Shown: piece by piece, positions 36,038 to 50,484 of the stretch | Layout of the letters: every line of letters begins with the position of its first letter | Numbering within the stretch: the first letter of the stretch is position 1 | From: Heterodontus francisci | Taxonomy: Eukaryota | Assembly: GCF_036365525.1 (NCBI RefSeq) | Contig: NC_090384.1 | Coordinates: 17,132,264-17,196,263, forward strand | DNA: 64,000 nt | Reading direction: 5' to 3' | Notes under the pieces: generated by a model | Seen by the model: only the letters and a program-made list of their open reading frames with translations | Told to the model about the DNA's origin: nothing | The model's database searches: none | Translations under genes and position numbers: made by a program

Positions 36038-38224
36038 TGTAATGACCATGAATTGGCTGCCCACAAGGATGGTGGAAGCAGACACAAACAACAACTTCTA
36101 AAGGAAATTGGATCGCCAATTTATGGAAATAGACTTGCAAGGCTATGAGGATCGAGTGGGGGAGTGGGACTGACTGGATAGCTCTGTGGAGAGCGAACAT
36201 GGACCCGCTGGGGTGAATGGCCTCCTCCTATGCTGTAAATGACTCCATGACATGTAATGAAGGAACAATTCACTTTCAGAATTGTGAAACTACTCAGAAG
36301 TCTATCACGATCTTGCACAGAGCTTGATAGATTGAGTTGAAAAGCATAAATAACTGCCAGGGGCAGTTGATGCTGGTAATTTAAAGGTAACAAAAGTTGA
36401 AATCAGATTTGTAGAATGGGCAGACATTACAACAGAATACCATAATCTTCTATACTTTATGATTTAGAGAATACAGTCACTTACTATAATTGTACAATGA
36501 AAAGTGATAAATTGGCAATGCTGTTATGTGAAAAATGAAACATGCTTGGGTTGTTCTGTCCCTGTTTTGCCGTGCCTGTAATCACCTACTACTTGTCCAC
36601 CTCGCCCCCACTCCCAAACCCACTTTTAATTGGAATGTACATGAAAATCAGTGGTTGTTATGTGCAGAAAACTGCCTGAGCACTTTGAGTGAAAGCAGTT
36701 TAGATTAGATTAGAGATACAGCACTGAAACAGGCCCTTCGGCCCACCGAGTCCGTGCCGAACATCAACCACCCGTTATTTCTGAAGATGTTGTGAGGTGA
36801 TGTTGTGACCAAGTGATTGACTATAATATTAATACCACAATGGTGGAATATAGGCAGGGAGGCAGTTAAAATAAGGGCAGCTCTTTAAACCTGATTCAGC
36901 TGCAAGCCTGCCCGCACCTGATAATGAGCTGTTCTCTTGAGCAGGCAAGCAGCACACCTGCAGTAACATATTGGAGTGCTGCTTTATCCATTCAGATCAA
37001 GTGCAAATGGCCGTTTTAGTCTGAACCCTGAGTCGGGGGTCAATGACAGCAGTCAGGCCAAAGCTGCCAAGAGTTGGATCCTTTGAAAAGGCCCCACATG
37101 GCTGACCGTTCAGAAAGTGGGACCCATGTGATTGAAAGGCAAGTGGCAGGTTGGTTCCAAAATTGACTCAGTGGCAGGAAGCAAAGGGGAAGGAAGGTAT
37201 TTTTGTGACGGGAAGAGTGTTTCCAGTGGGGCTCTGCAGTGTTCAGTTCTAGGTCCATTGCTTTTCTTGGTATAGTGGAATTAAGAAATTTGCAGATGAT
37301 AAGAAATCAGTCATTATAGGTGGATACGGTGGTTAAGAAGGCAGACAGGATACTTTCCTTCATTCGCCAAGGCACAGAATATAAAAGCAGGGAGGTTATG
37401 CTAGAACTGCATAAAACACTAGCTCGGCCACAGCTAGTTACTTCACACACTTCTGGTCAGCACATTAAAGGAAGGATGTGATCATACAAGAAAGGTGAAA
37501 GAGGAGATTTACGAAGATGTGGCAGGAGTGGACATTTTCAGCTGGAGGAAAGATTAAATCTGCTGGTCTTATTTCCTTGGGAACAGAGGAGGCTGAGGGA
37601 AGATTTAATTGAGGTGTATAATATTATGAGGGACCGAGATTGAGCGGATCGGAAATAGCTATTTCTCTTAGCAGAGAGGTGAGTAACCCAGGGTCATAAA
37701 TTTAAAGTCATTGACAGAATGATTAGACAGGAGATGAGGAAAGATATTTTCACCCAGAGGGTGCTGCGGGTCTGGAACTCACTGCCTAAATGGGTGGCAG
37801 AGGTTGAAATTCACATCACTTTGAAAAAATGTTTGGATATGCACTTGAAATACTGTAACCTACAGGGCTATGGACCATGAGCTGGAAAATGGGATTAGGC
37901 TGTATAGCTCTTGCTGAGCTGGCACAGATACTATGGGCCAAATAGACACCTTCTGTTCAGTAAATATTTTATATTTCTATGTGGTCCGAAGCTCATCTCA
38001 GAGTCAAATATGACACCAAGCTTGTGAAATGTCTGGTTCAGACTCAGACGGCTGCCAGGGAGAGAAATGGAGTCGGTGTCCAGACAAAGGAGTTTGTCCC
38101 TGATCACGATCACACCCTGCCCACCCACCCAGCCACTTACCATTCCTGACCCCCTCACCCCTGTTAAAATCAGTGCCCACAGAAATCCAAACATAAATGA
38201 AATTGTAAGCTTTGTCTACTTTAC

Positions 38225-38272
38225 CTTTTGTTGAAGATGGTCGTGTAAAATAAGCATGGCTGGTTATTCTGG
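38225..38272 (-). CDS. micro-exon (copy of 5987..6034)
   Basis: same sequence and splice sites. Confidence 0.55.
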
Positions 38273-39800
38273 CTGGAAATAAAAATAATTTGCAAGTATA
38301 AGTAGAAATGAAGATCAAAATCAGGATTGCAAAGAGTACTGCAATCCAACAAGCAGGAGGCTGCTGGAAGTGGATGTCCATTTTATCCACACTGATTCTA
38401 CTCTGATGCTGTTTAATATGAAGACAGGCCATTAATTGTATTATACAAAGAAAAATAAAAGACTAGTGACGCTGCTGAATGGAACATTCTGATGCATGGA
38501 ATCTAAGGATGTGTAGGAAATGAGCTGCAAAATCAGAATTTGAAAGTTTACATATGAAGATGTCGTTTATAGTTTTAACTGAAAGATACTTTTTGTACAA
38601 TTCTTGTATGATTATTCCTGTGATTGATGGATGAGTACAGAATGTTGAAATCACATGTTGAGTTTGTAACTGTTGGTTATGTTGGAGCCCCAGTTGATGC
38701 TGTGAAGGAAATGAATGAACTTTCATGTTGGAAGAATGATAATAAATTCCATCATCATTCAGTGACCTCACCCGTGATCAATTCAATAGAAGGAACGTGA
38801 CATTTTTCATTGGTGCTCAATTGTTATTGAACTCATGGTTGTTGATGTTGGAGTCACTGTTGTTTGAAGGTGAGAGTGGAGTAATATCAATATCTTTAAC
38901 TTCACATCTGCTGTGAAAATCATGGGAGTGGATTTTAATTGAGAGCTGTGTTTCCAGGTGTTATTTCCCTCCCACCAGAGCCAGCAGGAGGTCACGGTGA
39001 TTTTAACTGCTGTGGCTCATTTAAATGTTGCCTGTCCATTTTCCACCCCTTCTCGGCAGGAATAGTGTGGAGAGCATCTGCCAGCAGGTAAGTGATTGGA
39101 AGGTGTATCAGGTGGATCTCATGGGAGGAAAAGTGTGAGTCCAGGCCAGGTAGGCCCAATCATTTCAAGTGGGCTGCAGAGGAGTACAGTTTCGGCTCGT
39201 GAGCGCACAAAGGAAATTGTTTGACTGACAGGAGGGACTCTTGATCAATGTTCCCTCCAGGCCACGCAGCAACCTGAAAGTTCCCATGCAGACCGTGCAC
39301 AGTTCTGCACCTTCGAATTACTGCACACACTGGGTCATGACTGCGCCCAAGAATTGAATGGAACCACACACTTAAACAAATCGCCTGTGCAATCCACAAA
39401 ATAATTAAAGGAAACGTTGCTGTTGATCCTCGCTTCTGCCTGGCAGGAAAACTTCACCGGCTTCCCCACTCAGATCCAGGTTAAAATGCCATCAGAGAGC
39501 CACTGAATGAATTTGTGTGGATGGTGCCTGCTTTAGGCAGGTGTCTCATCTACCTCCAGAGAACCTGCAGGTTTTATATCAGTGATGGAGTGAAATAGTT
39601 GAGTTCTGAGCGGGTAATTACCTAGATTTTAACTGCTCTCCCTTCTATTTTACTCCAGGTGGGTAGGTAAAATTTGACCTCTGTAGTTTAAAATTATTGC
39701 TGAGGCTGCAAAGTAATCTTTTAAAGGTGATGAATCCGAATTTGTGCACTTTTAAATGAATGATTAAAAACATGGAACAATTGTTTGTAAAATTCCATAC

Positions 39801-39830
39801 CTGTTGTTGAAGTTGCAGTTGTTCCCAATG
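39801..39830 (-). CDS. Thr/Ser micro-exon (copy of 7563..7592)
   Basis: same sequence and splice sites. Confidence 0.72.
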
Positions 39831-40582
39831 CTGGAAGGGATACAGTTGAAGATGTAAATGCGAAGAGCATTAAAAAGAACCATTTTTATCAATGGAAAAT
39901 ACCAATTAACAAGTTAGTAGGAGATCACTTGTTTCTTTTCAATTTGAATTAACTTTCTTCTTGATTAAATACCTCAATACATATTCATTTCATAATTATT
40001 GAATTTATGGTTCATATTACAAAGGAAGATTGTAAATGTATATGAAGCGATTGAGGGTGTAGAACATGAACTGATTGCATTTTCTTCGGTGAAAAATAGC
40101 AGCTTCTGAGCCATTTTTACAGAATATTGGAGCAGGATTTTTATCTGACAGTTTCTGACAGATAGAGGTAAGTTTTTGGAGCCATTGTCACTATGATTAC
40201 ACACTGCTTCCATCGCTAAATATAAAAGAGCAACAACATTGTGCAAACATTATTCAACTGCGTCTGACAGTGTTCCTGGTGGTAAAACCATGCCTAGTAT
40301 CTGCAGCACTGACACTGTTCAGGCACTGTTTGTGCACTAAAGGCAGGAAGTTCTGCCTGCTGGATTTGCCAAGCACATGGAAATATTTTCTTCATCCTCA
40401 CAACACTGAATCCCACAGAATGAGAACCTGGCCATGTTAATATTGATCTGTGTACAGGTTTTTCTTGTTACAAAAATTGAGGCTTGAGTTTGGGAAAACA
40501 ATCTATTACTGTGCAATATAATCTGAATAATATTTTACGACTTTACATTATGTGAATTAAGTAAAACTAAAACATTGCTTAC

Positions 40583-40609
40583 TTGACAGGGTGCCTCCAA
40601 CCGGTTTTT
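40583..40609 (-). CDS. candidate micro-exon (copy of 8345..8371)
   Basis: same sequence and splice sites. Confidence 0.35.
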
Positions 40610-41214
40610 CTGAAAGGCAGATTATAATTTGAAATTAAAACACAAAATGATCCTGCTCCACCAGTCAATACGATCGTGGCTGATCTTAGGCTTCAACTCC
40701 ACTTTCCCACTGCTCAGCACATCCCTTGATTCCCTGAGAGACCAAAAATCTGTGTATCCGACCCTTAAATGTATTCATCGATGGAGCATCCACAACCCTC
40801 TGGGTAGAGAATTCCAAAGATTGACTACCGTTTGGATGAAGTAATTTCTGCTCATCTCAGTCTTAAATGATCAGCCCCTTATGCTCAGACTGTGTCCACG
40901 TGTTTTAGAGTCCTTGACCAGCAGAAACAATCTCTCAGTGTCTACCCTATCGAGCCCCTTCAGAATCTTGTATGTTTCGATGAGTTCGCCCCTCATTCTT
41001 CTAACTCCAGAGTAGAGAGACCCAATTTACTCAGCCTCTTATTATAGGGAAACCTCCTCATCCCAGGGTCCAATTTAGTGAACCTTCACTGTACTGCCTC
41101 CCATGCAAGTGTATCCTTCCTTAAATGTGGAGACCAAAACTGCACACAGTACTCCAGATATGGCCTCACCAAAACCCTGTACAATTGCAGCAAGACTTCT
41201 CTATTTCTGTACTC

Positions 41215-42765
41215 CAGGGATATCCAACTTTTAGTGCGGGGTGAGGGGAGGCAGATTGCAATTTCTTTCTTACAAAGGGGGCCAGTGAGACAATTTCTGA
41301 AAGATAAAGGCATTAAAAAGTTATCTTACTATCAATCAAAACAAGAACAGATGTGCATTTTGTGAAGAAGCTTTAAATGAGAAGATTAATTTGTTGACTT
41401 AATTTCTCATCCCTATGTTGCACACTGGTTTACTGAGATACCTGGCATTTTTTTGCTTGCACAGGTAGTCAATGTTTGCCTGCACACTTCTCGTGCTGCA
41501 GAGTATTCCGCATAGATGTCCATCTGTCAGGAGTGATCTTGATCAATCATTTTTCGCTCTCTCTCTCTCTCTGTTCCCCAATCTCTGTGTCCCCCTTCCT
41601 CTCTCTTTCCCCCTTTCTTTTTCTGTCCCTCCTTCCACTCACTGTGCCCACGTTCCCTCTCAGTTCCCCCTTTTCCCCCTTTCTCCATCTCTGTTCACCC
41701 TCTCTCCCTCTGTCCCCCCTCTTTCTCTGTCCGCATCTCTCACTCTCTGCCCCCTTCTCACCTTGAACCCCTATCTCTCTCCCCTTCTCTCTCATCCTCT
41801 CTGTTTCACCCCTCTCCATCCGCACTCCCTCTTTCTCTTTCCCCCTCTCTCTCCCCTTCTCTGTCTCTCCTCTTTCTCTCTCTCTGTCCCCCCTCTCTCT
41901 CGGAATACTCTCTGTCCCCTCTCTCTCTTTCCCCTGTCTCTCTTCCCCCTCCCCTTTTAGCACCCTCTCTCATTTTCCCCCTATCTCACTGAACCTTTTC
42001 TCTCTTCCCACTGTTGTTCTTCCCCTCTCTCTTCCCCCATTTCTCTCTTACCCCCTCTCTCTCTTCCCCCACCTCTCTCTTACCCCACCTCTCTCTTACC
42101 CCACTCTCTCTTCCCCAGCTCTCTATTCCCCCTCTCTCTCTCTTCTGCCCCCTCTCTATTCCCACCCTTCTCTTCTCCCCCTCTCTTTCCCCCTCTCTTT
42201 CTCCCCATCTCTTTCTCCCCATCTCTTTTTCCCCATCTCTGTCCCCACTCTCTCTGTCTGCCCTCCTTCTGTCACTCCCTGCTCTCTCTCTGTAACCATC
42301 CCTCTCTGTCCCCCCCCCCCCCACCCCCTCTCTTCCCAGTCTCTCTCTCTCCCTCTCTGTTCCCCCTTCTCTCTGGCATTTGCAGGGAGCGGGAGCACTC
42401 AGCACAGAATCTTTGCGGTTGGTCAGTTTTGTAAAAAACAAACTGCACTGTCAATTTCACAGCTGACAGGTGCTGACATCCGAAACCGTGGTTTCCCAAC
42501 TTTGTACAGATTAGGGATTTTCCTGAGGGCTTTTCTAAAAGTCAGAACCCACCAGAAAACCCCGAATCAGTTCCAGGTTCAGAAACTGCTGTTCCTGCTC
42601 CCAGTCCGTGTCAGCTGTGAAACTGACTGGTGAATTATTTTAAAAAGATATTCTGGAAGAAGAAGACAATGGAAAATTCCTCATAGCTGAAATACATCCG
42701 CGGGCCTGATGAAAACATTTGGTGGGCCAGACCCTGGGCCGTGGGCCGTATGTTGAACAACCCTG
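41215..42765. mobile_element. hAT-type element (unit-2 copy)
   Basis: same TIR and TSD. Confidence 0.8.
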
Positions 42766-45700
42766 CTGCACTCCAATCCCCTTGCAATAAAGGCCACCAT
42801 GTCATTTGCCTTCCTAATTGTTTACTCTTCCTGCATGCTAACTTTCAGCATTCCTTGTACAAGCACACCACAGTCTCTTTTTAACATCAATACTTATAGG
42901 TTTCATACCTTTGAACTATTATTCTGCTTTTCTATTTTTATGACCAAAGTGAATAACTTCACACTTCCCTACATTATACTCCATCTGCCATCGTGTTGCT
43001 CACCCACTTAACCTGTCTATATCTTTTTTCAGCCTCTCTGTGTCCCCCCCACAGTTTACATTTCCACCTACCTTTGTATCATAAGCAAACTCAGATACAT
43101 TACACTCAGTCTCTTCATCTAAAACATGAATATAGATTGTAACTAGCTGAGGCCCCAGCACTGATCCTTGTGGCACTCCACTATTCACTGTCTGCCAAAG
43201 TGAAAATGCCATGTTTATGCCCATTCTTTTCTTACAGTCTGTTAACCAATCCTGTATCCATGCAAATATATTACCCCCAACTCCCTGAGCCCTTATATTG
43301 CCGATTAACATTTTGTGTGGAACCTTATCAAATGCCTTTTGGTTTCCTCTTTATAAACCCCACTAATTACATCCTCCAGAACCTCTTATAAATTTGTCAA
43401 ACTGGATTTCCCTTTAGTAAAATCATATTGACTTGCTCTAATCACACTAGATATTAGGCATGACTAAGATGAATTTATGTCTTAAGTGTCACTGGAGGTG
43501 AAAGTTTAAGTGTGGGGAATATGAAATGATGATTCCATCAACTTTCAATGAAAGGAGCTCATTGTCAGGTGAACATGAAGACACTCAGCCGTGTATCCTG
43601 CTAATAACAATGATAGTAACACTTTAAAATGAATGCATTATCATTGGTGTTACAATCAGAAAACCTAGGCCTGTGCATGTATCTTTTTAATTCTGAAGAT
43701 AATGCTAAATCGATATTGTTAATTTCATACTTCTTGTCGAAGTTGACAAGTGGTTGTTGCTGGAAGCTACGTATTTCAAGATAGAAGTGTGGAAAATACA
43801 AATTAATTGCACCATGTTTCAGGACAAAATCTCAGTTGTTAAGACCTAGACAGCCACGCCCGCATCCCACAAACAGATAAAAAAAATCAAGAAAGACATT
43901 TCATAACCACAATTTTCAGACTATCCCGTATACTCCTATAATCTCCTTGGGAGGTAGCTGGAAGTTGCACTATGTTGCCCAGGCCGTGATGGTTCCTGGT
44001 GAGCCTTTTGCAGTGAGAGCTTGCACCTTCCACAAGGAAGGCCACCAGTGTAAGGAATGGGATCTACTTTGGGAAATGCCACTTTCTTTTTCTCAAAGAG
44101 GCTCGACATTGTGTTGGCAGAGTTTTGCTGCTTGAGACCAAGTGTGTTGGCCAAAGTAGAGCCTGTGAGGTTCAGGACTGAATCGTAGCCCAGACTCCAA
44201 AAGGACAACCTTCTTTTGAAAAGAGTCACTCTCAAATTTGCAAATTGGACAGTTGGAGTGAGCTGTAAGATACATTGCTGGGAAAACCTAGCTCTGTTTG
44301 CATTTGTTCATGGATTGGCCAGAATTTCCACCCTCTTTGGCAGCAGGGACCTGAGATGCACCAGGATAGTGAAGGTGCCCTGCATGTTATTTAGTGGCCA
44401 TTGCAACACCAAAGACTTGTGTCAGACAGTAGCAGGGATCCTGGAGAGGAAGGATCATGTGGTTATACTGATAAGATCTTACAACATGTTAGCTGATATT
44501 TGCCCCACACTTAAACTTTCACCTGCAGTGCCACTTGAGACATAAATTCATCTTAGTCATGTCTAATATCTAGTATGATTAGAACAAGTCAACATGGTTT
44601 TACTAAAGGGAAATCCAGTTTGACAAATTTATTAGGGGCTGTGAGGATGTAATTTAGTGGGGTTTATATCGGGGAAACCAAAAGGCATTTGATAAGGTGC
44701 CACACAAAATGTTAATAGGCAATATAGGGCTCATGGACTTGTACGTAATATGTTTGCATGGATTGTCAAGCCAATGTGGGCAAATATTTATTGGCTCAGA
44801 TTTAGTGGTGAGCAGTGAAGTGACGGTGCTCACCGCTGGCATTGAAGAAAGCTGCCAACAAGGATTTAGTGATCTCTGTGATGTGGATTTCCCCTTCCCT
44901 GACATCAGTTTCCAGGGCTGGAGATGTTTTTTAGTAGTAATTATGAAGTTAGTAAGCTGATAAAAATCCAATTGCATCATTGAACAAGCTGAAACATTTA
45001 TAAAATCTTACACAGTAAGATTGTCATAAAAGGACAAGTTCTTGTCAGTTCAGTGATTTCCATTCGATTGCAGTCTGAGAGATTTCAACAGCAGACCTTA
45101 TGGGGAAACAACTGACAGATTTGACATCTAAATGTGCATGTGACAACTCCAGAAGTTTCCATCAGTTGTGGAGGAGTAATGACAGTAAGTGCTGACAGCT
45201 TCCTACCCCAAAAGCTAAGCTGTTTTATCGCTTGTTCATTATCTTATCTAAATGTACTGCTGAATATTTGTTAAATTCGTTGTGTGATTGCAGTTGGCGT
45301 TCACTAACAGTGGAAGTGAACATTGCAATGTATATGTGTAAATCATACAAATACGCTCCATGATCTTTCAGTGGCAAATATCAGCTAACAAGTTGTAAGA
45401 TCTTATCAATAAAAAAGAGCCAAGGAGCTCATCAAGTCTCTCCATGTGTTAATATTGCTTGTTACTCCATCAGTATTTGGTGTTCTCTATGAAACATTAA
45501 TGCCCACTTATTTTCCCTTTTACCTATGAGTGTTGACCATTGGCATTCCACTGGCTATGTTGGATTTGGAGAAGGAAGGTGAATTTCTGTGGGGAGAAGA
45601 GTGGCAGGAACACTGGCACAGCAGGTACTGGCACTCACCCACCTGGGTCATTGGAACCAAGGAGAAAGAATTCATTATGTTAGAAGGGACCTACATTGAC

Positions 45701-46165
45701 CAGGCAGCCACTGAATTATACTATGTCCTGGTGTGTGAACTTTACACAATGGAACACGGTGATATCTTCGCCTGTTGCTCTTAATAACTTCACTACCCTG
45801 AACTTTTAAATCACTTGATCCTTTCAAGACAATACTGGTGACATTTTTCAATTCAGTCAATCATACATGTTGTGTTGTGGAATATTTAGGGATTGGGGGT
45901 CAACTCCTTTCTGCTTAGTATTAAACTAGTAGATATACTTCCAAGTATGTGATTAATTGTAAACCCATAGTTGCTACAGTCAATATGTTGCTACCGGTGA
46001 GGTTACATTTCGTGTAGTTGTGGACAATACAAATTACTACCATCAGTTTAGAGGGAAAAGAGCAGATGAAATAACATCAGACAGAACAGTTTTTGAATTT
46101 CTTGCTGAAAATTGTTGCCAGATAAATTGGAACATTTTGTTGATGAGGTCTGGTTAAGTTCATAC

Positions 46166-46189
46166 CTGTTGTTGAAATTGTTGTTGGCT
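46166..46189 (-). CDS. Thr/Ser micro-exon (copy of 13922..13945)
   Basis: same sequence and splice sites. Confidence 0.7.
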
Positions 46190-46965
46190 CTGTAAAGGAT
46201 ACAGTAAATGAGGTAAGTGTTGCAAATAGAATATTATCTCATCATCATAGAATGCAGAGTAGCTGTTATCATGTCATGAAAAAAACAGATTTCATGCTTT
46301 GAATCTCTACCTGAAGCTGCATTTTGAACATATCAGCTGAAGGTGATTTAAATGCAGTGTCTGTTAATCTCTTCCATATGTCCATTAATCAGTGAAAAAA
46401 TGTTTTTCTCATTTTGAGCCTTGCTCGTGGTTGGAGAACTGTGACCACTTGCTGCCCAATGATTGTCCAATGAAATGAGTTCAGTTACTTCACTCATTTG
46501 TACCAGTTACTAAATGAAAAAGCTTCAGAATACCTGGATTCAGTATTTTACTTGCAGCAAAAATATATTTAGTAACTTGACCCTTTCTTGGGAAGAATCG
46601 TCCTTCAGAATATGTGACTTGGAATCACCTTGGTCACTTTGTATCGTCAGTATGATGACAGTGGAAATTGATATACCTTGTCATTTCATTTCCGAAGTTG
46701 AACTCCAGTACCAAGTTTAAAGTATTGGGAACAGGGAGACACTGATCAATTATGATTGTGAGTTTCTTTCAGACTAAAACAGCTACTGATCATGTCAAAC
46801 TGGTGAACTAGATTGTTTAGTCATGCTTATTTCCAGGTAGTTTACTGTGATTCAATCACATAAAACAAAAGAATGATTTTGCAAATCAAAAGAGACATTT
46901 TGGTGAAAGTTTCTCCACAGTGATAGTCGAGATATTGTAATTGGCTCCGTTTGCTGATAACACAA

Positions 46966-46979
46966 CCACTAGGTGGCGC
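46966..46979 (+). promoter_or_regulatory. CTCF core motif (unit-2 copy)
   Basis: CCACTAGGTGGCGC. Confidence 0.55.
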
Positions 46980-48291
46980 AGTACTCACAATGCACAAATG
47001 CAGCCTTTTCCATTGAATCGTCACTTTCTGTGACGTCTGAGGCAGCTGCCAGGATTAAAGATGGCACTTCTCAATTTATCACAAAAAATTCAACTGGGAC
47101 AATCCCCTCAATGGCTGCCCTCGCCGCCTCCATCCCACCCCCAACAGTCCCCTGCTCCCTCCTGCCGTTACACTTCTCTTTGTTGCTCCTTTCTGCGCCC
47201 ATCTTCTCACCACTCGGCCCCCCGCTGCCTTCCTTTAGACACTCGCTCTAGACTCGCCACTCCTTCCGCCCCCAGCTGCTTGTTCCCCAATTCCCCCTCC
47301 CCATTCTCCAGCCACTCACTCCCCACTTGCACCCCCACCCTCCCCACCCAGCCACTCATTCCGGGCCGCGCCGCTTCCCTGCTCTCGGCCTCTCGTTCCC
47401 ATGTTCGATTGTTCTCAGTCCCACAACCCACAAAATCAATATCCAGATTCGTGCATGGAAAATAGATGAAGACTTGCGGAAGATACGTCCATGTGTATAA
47501 TTAACTTTTGACAGTGAATGCAAACTTATACTGATCCTCCTCAGCAAGGGTCTGCTTCAAAAACTATTAAATTGGGTTTAGAATGTTAAGTATAATAAAC
47601 TGACCTGTTTCTTGTTTAAACTCAGGAAAACCTGTCCAATTGGTTCTTTCATGATGACAGTAAAGGTGAAAGGTAAAACACTCTCAGAGGTGGGAATCCC
47701 GACCACTGTTTAAAAAAGGAATAAACCCTGTTGCGGTTAAATAAGAGGAAGGGCAAGAGGGCAAACATGGAAGTTCCCATTATCGATTATACAATTTTTA
47801 CTGAAAGTATTGTCAAAACTCCACAGCTAATTTCATAGCTGTTGTTGAAATTATAGTTGTTTTCAATCCTGTAAAATTGTGGAATGTACAAAACCATCCC
47901 ATCATGTTTGAAACAGTGTACCATGGCCGGAATTTTTCGCTTACCGGTGGCCCCGGGGTCGATGCGTCTGAAGCGGATCAGGCCCCCGATCCCGCTCCAC
48001 GTCGCCCTGCTGCTGGCATCACGCACTGACCGTCTAATCAGCGGGCCCGCGGCGTAACTCCGAAAAGAAATGGTGCGCGCAGGCGGGAACTTCAGCATCA
48101 TTGGGTGCGGGCCACATACGCGGAAGGCTGATTGTCAGCCCTACATAAAGGATTACTGTTTTTAAATGGAGCAATGAATGACCAATTTGATGTAAAGGAA
48201 GATACAACTGTCATAAAGTCTGGAGATTTCAAAGGCTCCATATCTTGAAACACAGAAAGACTGGGAGACAATAATATTGCTGTTAGAGGTG

Positions 48292-50092
48292 ATGGAGGGC
48301 AGAAGTAATTGCGTTGCCCCCCGATTCTCTGACGATTCACTGCAGGTCCTCCTCCAGGCCATTGAGGAGAGGAGAGACATTCTATTCAGCTCAGATGGGA
48401 GAAGGAGACCCTCCGAAGTGACCAACAGAGCCTGGCTGGAGGTTGCAGAGGAGGTCAGCAGCCGAGGCTTACTGAGGTGTACATGGATGCAGTGCCGCAA
48501 GCGCAATGACCTGCTTCGCTCTGCCTGGGTAAGGGGAATTCCTCATTCATCTAATCGGTTATGTGTCAAGGGAGGTTTCTTGTGTACCCATGATGCAATG
48601 TGGAAGCCCTGTATGATCAATGTTTAGCTGCTTTGAAATGGGACGCATGATGGGCAAGTCTGAGATGAACGCTGATGCTGTGGTGTTAAAGTTGCGCCCA
48701 ACACTGTCACAGCAGTGAAATGCAACACCAACCCTTTGGGTGACAGTGTCATATGCCATTGACTATGTATAAAATAAGTACCTTTGTTTATTCAGGAAAA
48801 GAGGGCACACAATGCCCAGGAGAGGTCACGTACTGGTGGCAGCGTAGCCACCCAGGCATTCCTCACTAGGATGGAGGAGGATGCCTTAATTATAGCAGGG
48901 GAGGAAGGAGGACGCGTCGTGGCAGATGGCGAGGCCGGTGTACCTGGCCATGAGAGTGAGTGTTCCAGAATGTGGTGTAACACTTCATTATGGGGAGGGT
49001 TGGTGAGGCTGTGCTACTGTGCCAATGATTTGGTGAATGTCAAAAGCACTGAATGTTGCCCTCAATTGTAACATCACCCAGATGTAACCATGCTGGAGGC
49101 ACAAACTTGTGCTTAACTCTGGATTGATGATGAAACTGATCACAATGCTTTTCCCAACAGGTGAAACCCAGCTTGTGTCAGGAAGTGTTATCGTTGCCCG
49201 ACCAGCCACCTCTGAGGTGGAGGAGGGCGCCTCAGAGGATGCACCGTCACATCATCGCGACGCACCAAGTACCACAGCAGATACTGACACTTCAGTTGGG
49301 ATGACAGTGTCTGGGGAATCAATGTCACATACTGGTGTGAGCACAGCACAATTGCCCAGCCAGACACCAGAGGCAGAATCGGCCGATGCCTCACACACTC
49401 GGAGGAGAGTGGGATGCCAGGCCAGTGCAGAGCCGCAAGCTGATGACGTGCCTCTGAGATCATCAATTCGTCGGGCGATGTTGCAGGTGCAGAATGTGAT
49501 CCATGGAAATCTGGCGGAGTTGCCTGAAACGCTGTGTGCTATGACTCATACTCTGGAGATATCCATCCAGAGTATGAGTTCAGCAAACTCTCAGGCGTTT
49601 GAATATCTGGCTTCCTCCGTTGATAGACTGGCGGCTGCAGTGGAGGGACCAGTTCTTCATGCAATTCGGGACCTCAAAGTGAGTGTGGCCTCCCTGGACC
49701 AGAGCATCAGAGAGCATAATCTGATGCGATTGCGCCCGCTTGAGAACACTCAGCGCTCTGATGCCACCATTGAGCACTACCAGAGCCTCACGAGGGCACA
49801 GGGGCAGCAGATCGCATAGGGGAGCTCCTCTCACGGCGCCTCTGATGCATCCTGCATCTCCTTGCTCCCTGCACCAGGGACATGTGAACCGCTAAATCCC
49901 GGGGTGATAGAGGGTGCTCATGATATTTGTCATGATGCTGGGCCCTCATGGCCACGAGCATGCAGAGGACGTCCGCCCATGTCATCAAAACCAGGGCGGC
50001 AACAAGATCAGCCACCTGCCTCTGGTAAGTCTGGTGGTGAGGGATCATGCACACGAATGAGCATGCGTAAACGGATTAAGAAAACACTTTAA
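48292..50092 (+). pseudogene. Harbinger Myb/SANT gene with premature TAG at 49817-49819 (exons 48292-48528, 48796-48955, 49161-)
   Basis: TAT>TAG relative to unit 1 removes about 90 C-terminal aa, including the basic RKRIKK tail. Confidence 0.85.
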
Positions 50093-50484
50093 TTTAACTA
50101 CTGTGCACTGGGTGACTTGAAGTACATTTATTTGATTTGTAAAACAATAGTGTTTGATTAAATTGGAGATTTTACCATTGGACATGTCATTCCTGAAGTC
50201 AGATATTACATAGTTAATCAACTCAAGGTGTCTCAACAATGAGGCACACAATTGGATCGCATCTCTCATGATGTGATGGATTGGTTCATCGCATTGTCTC
50301 ACCCCCTAAAGGTTAGAGATTTTGCACTGTCAGATCCTCACAATGATTAATGTCATAAAGCAGTTTGAAACGTGTGAAGATTTATATCGTTTCAACTGAA
50401 ATGCATTCCTTTTCGAGAATCCCCAGTTTCTCTCGCACTTCGAACCAAATTACATTCAGCTTCCTCTCCATGATCATCATTAGA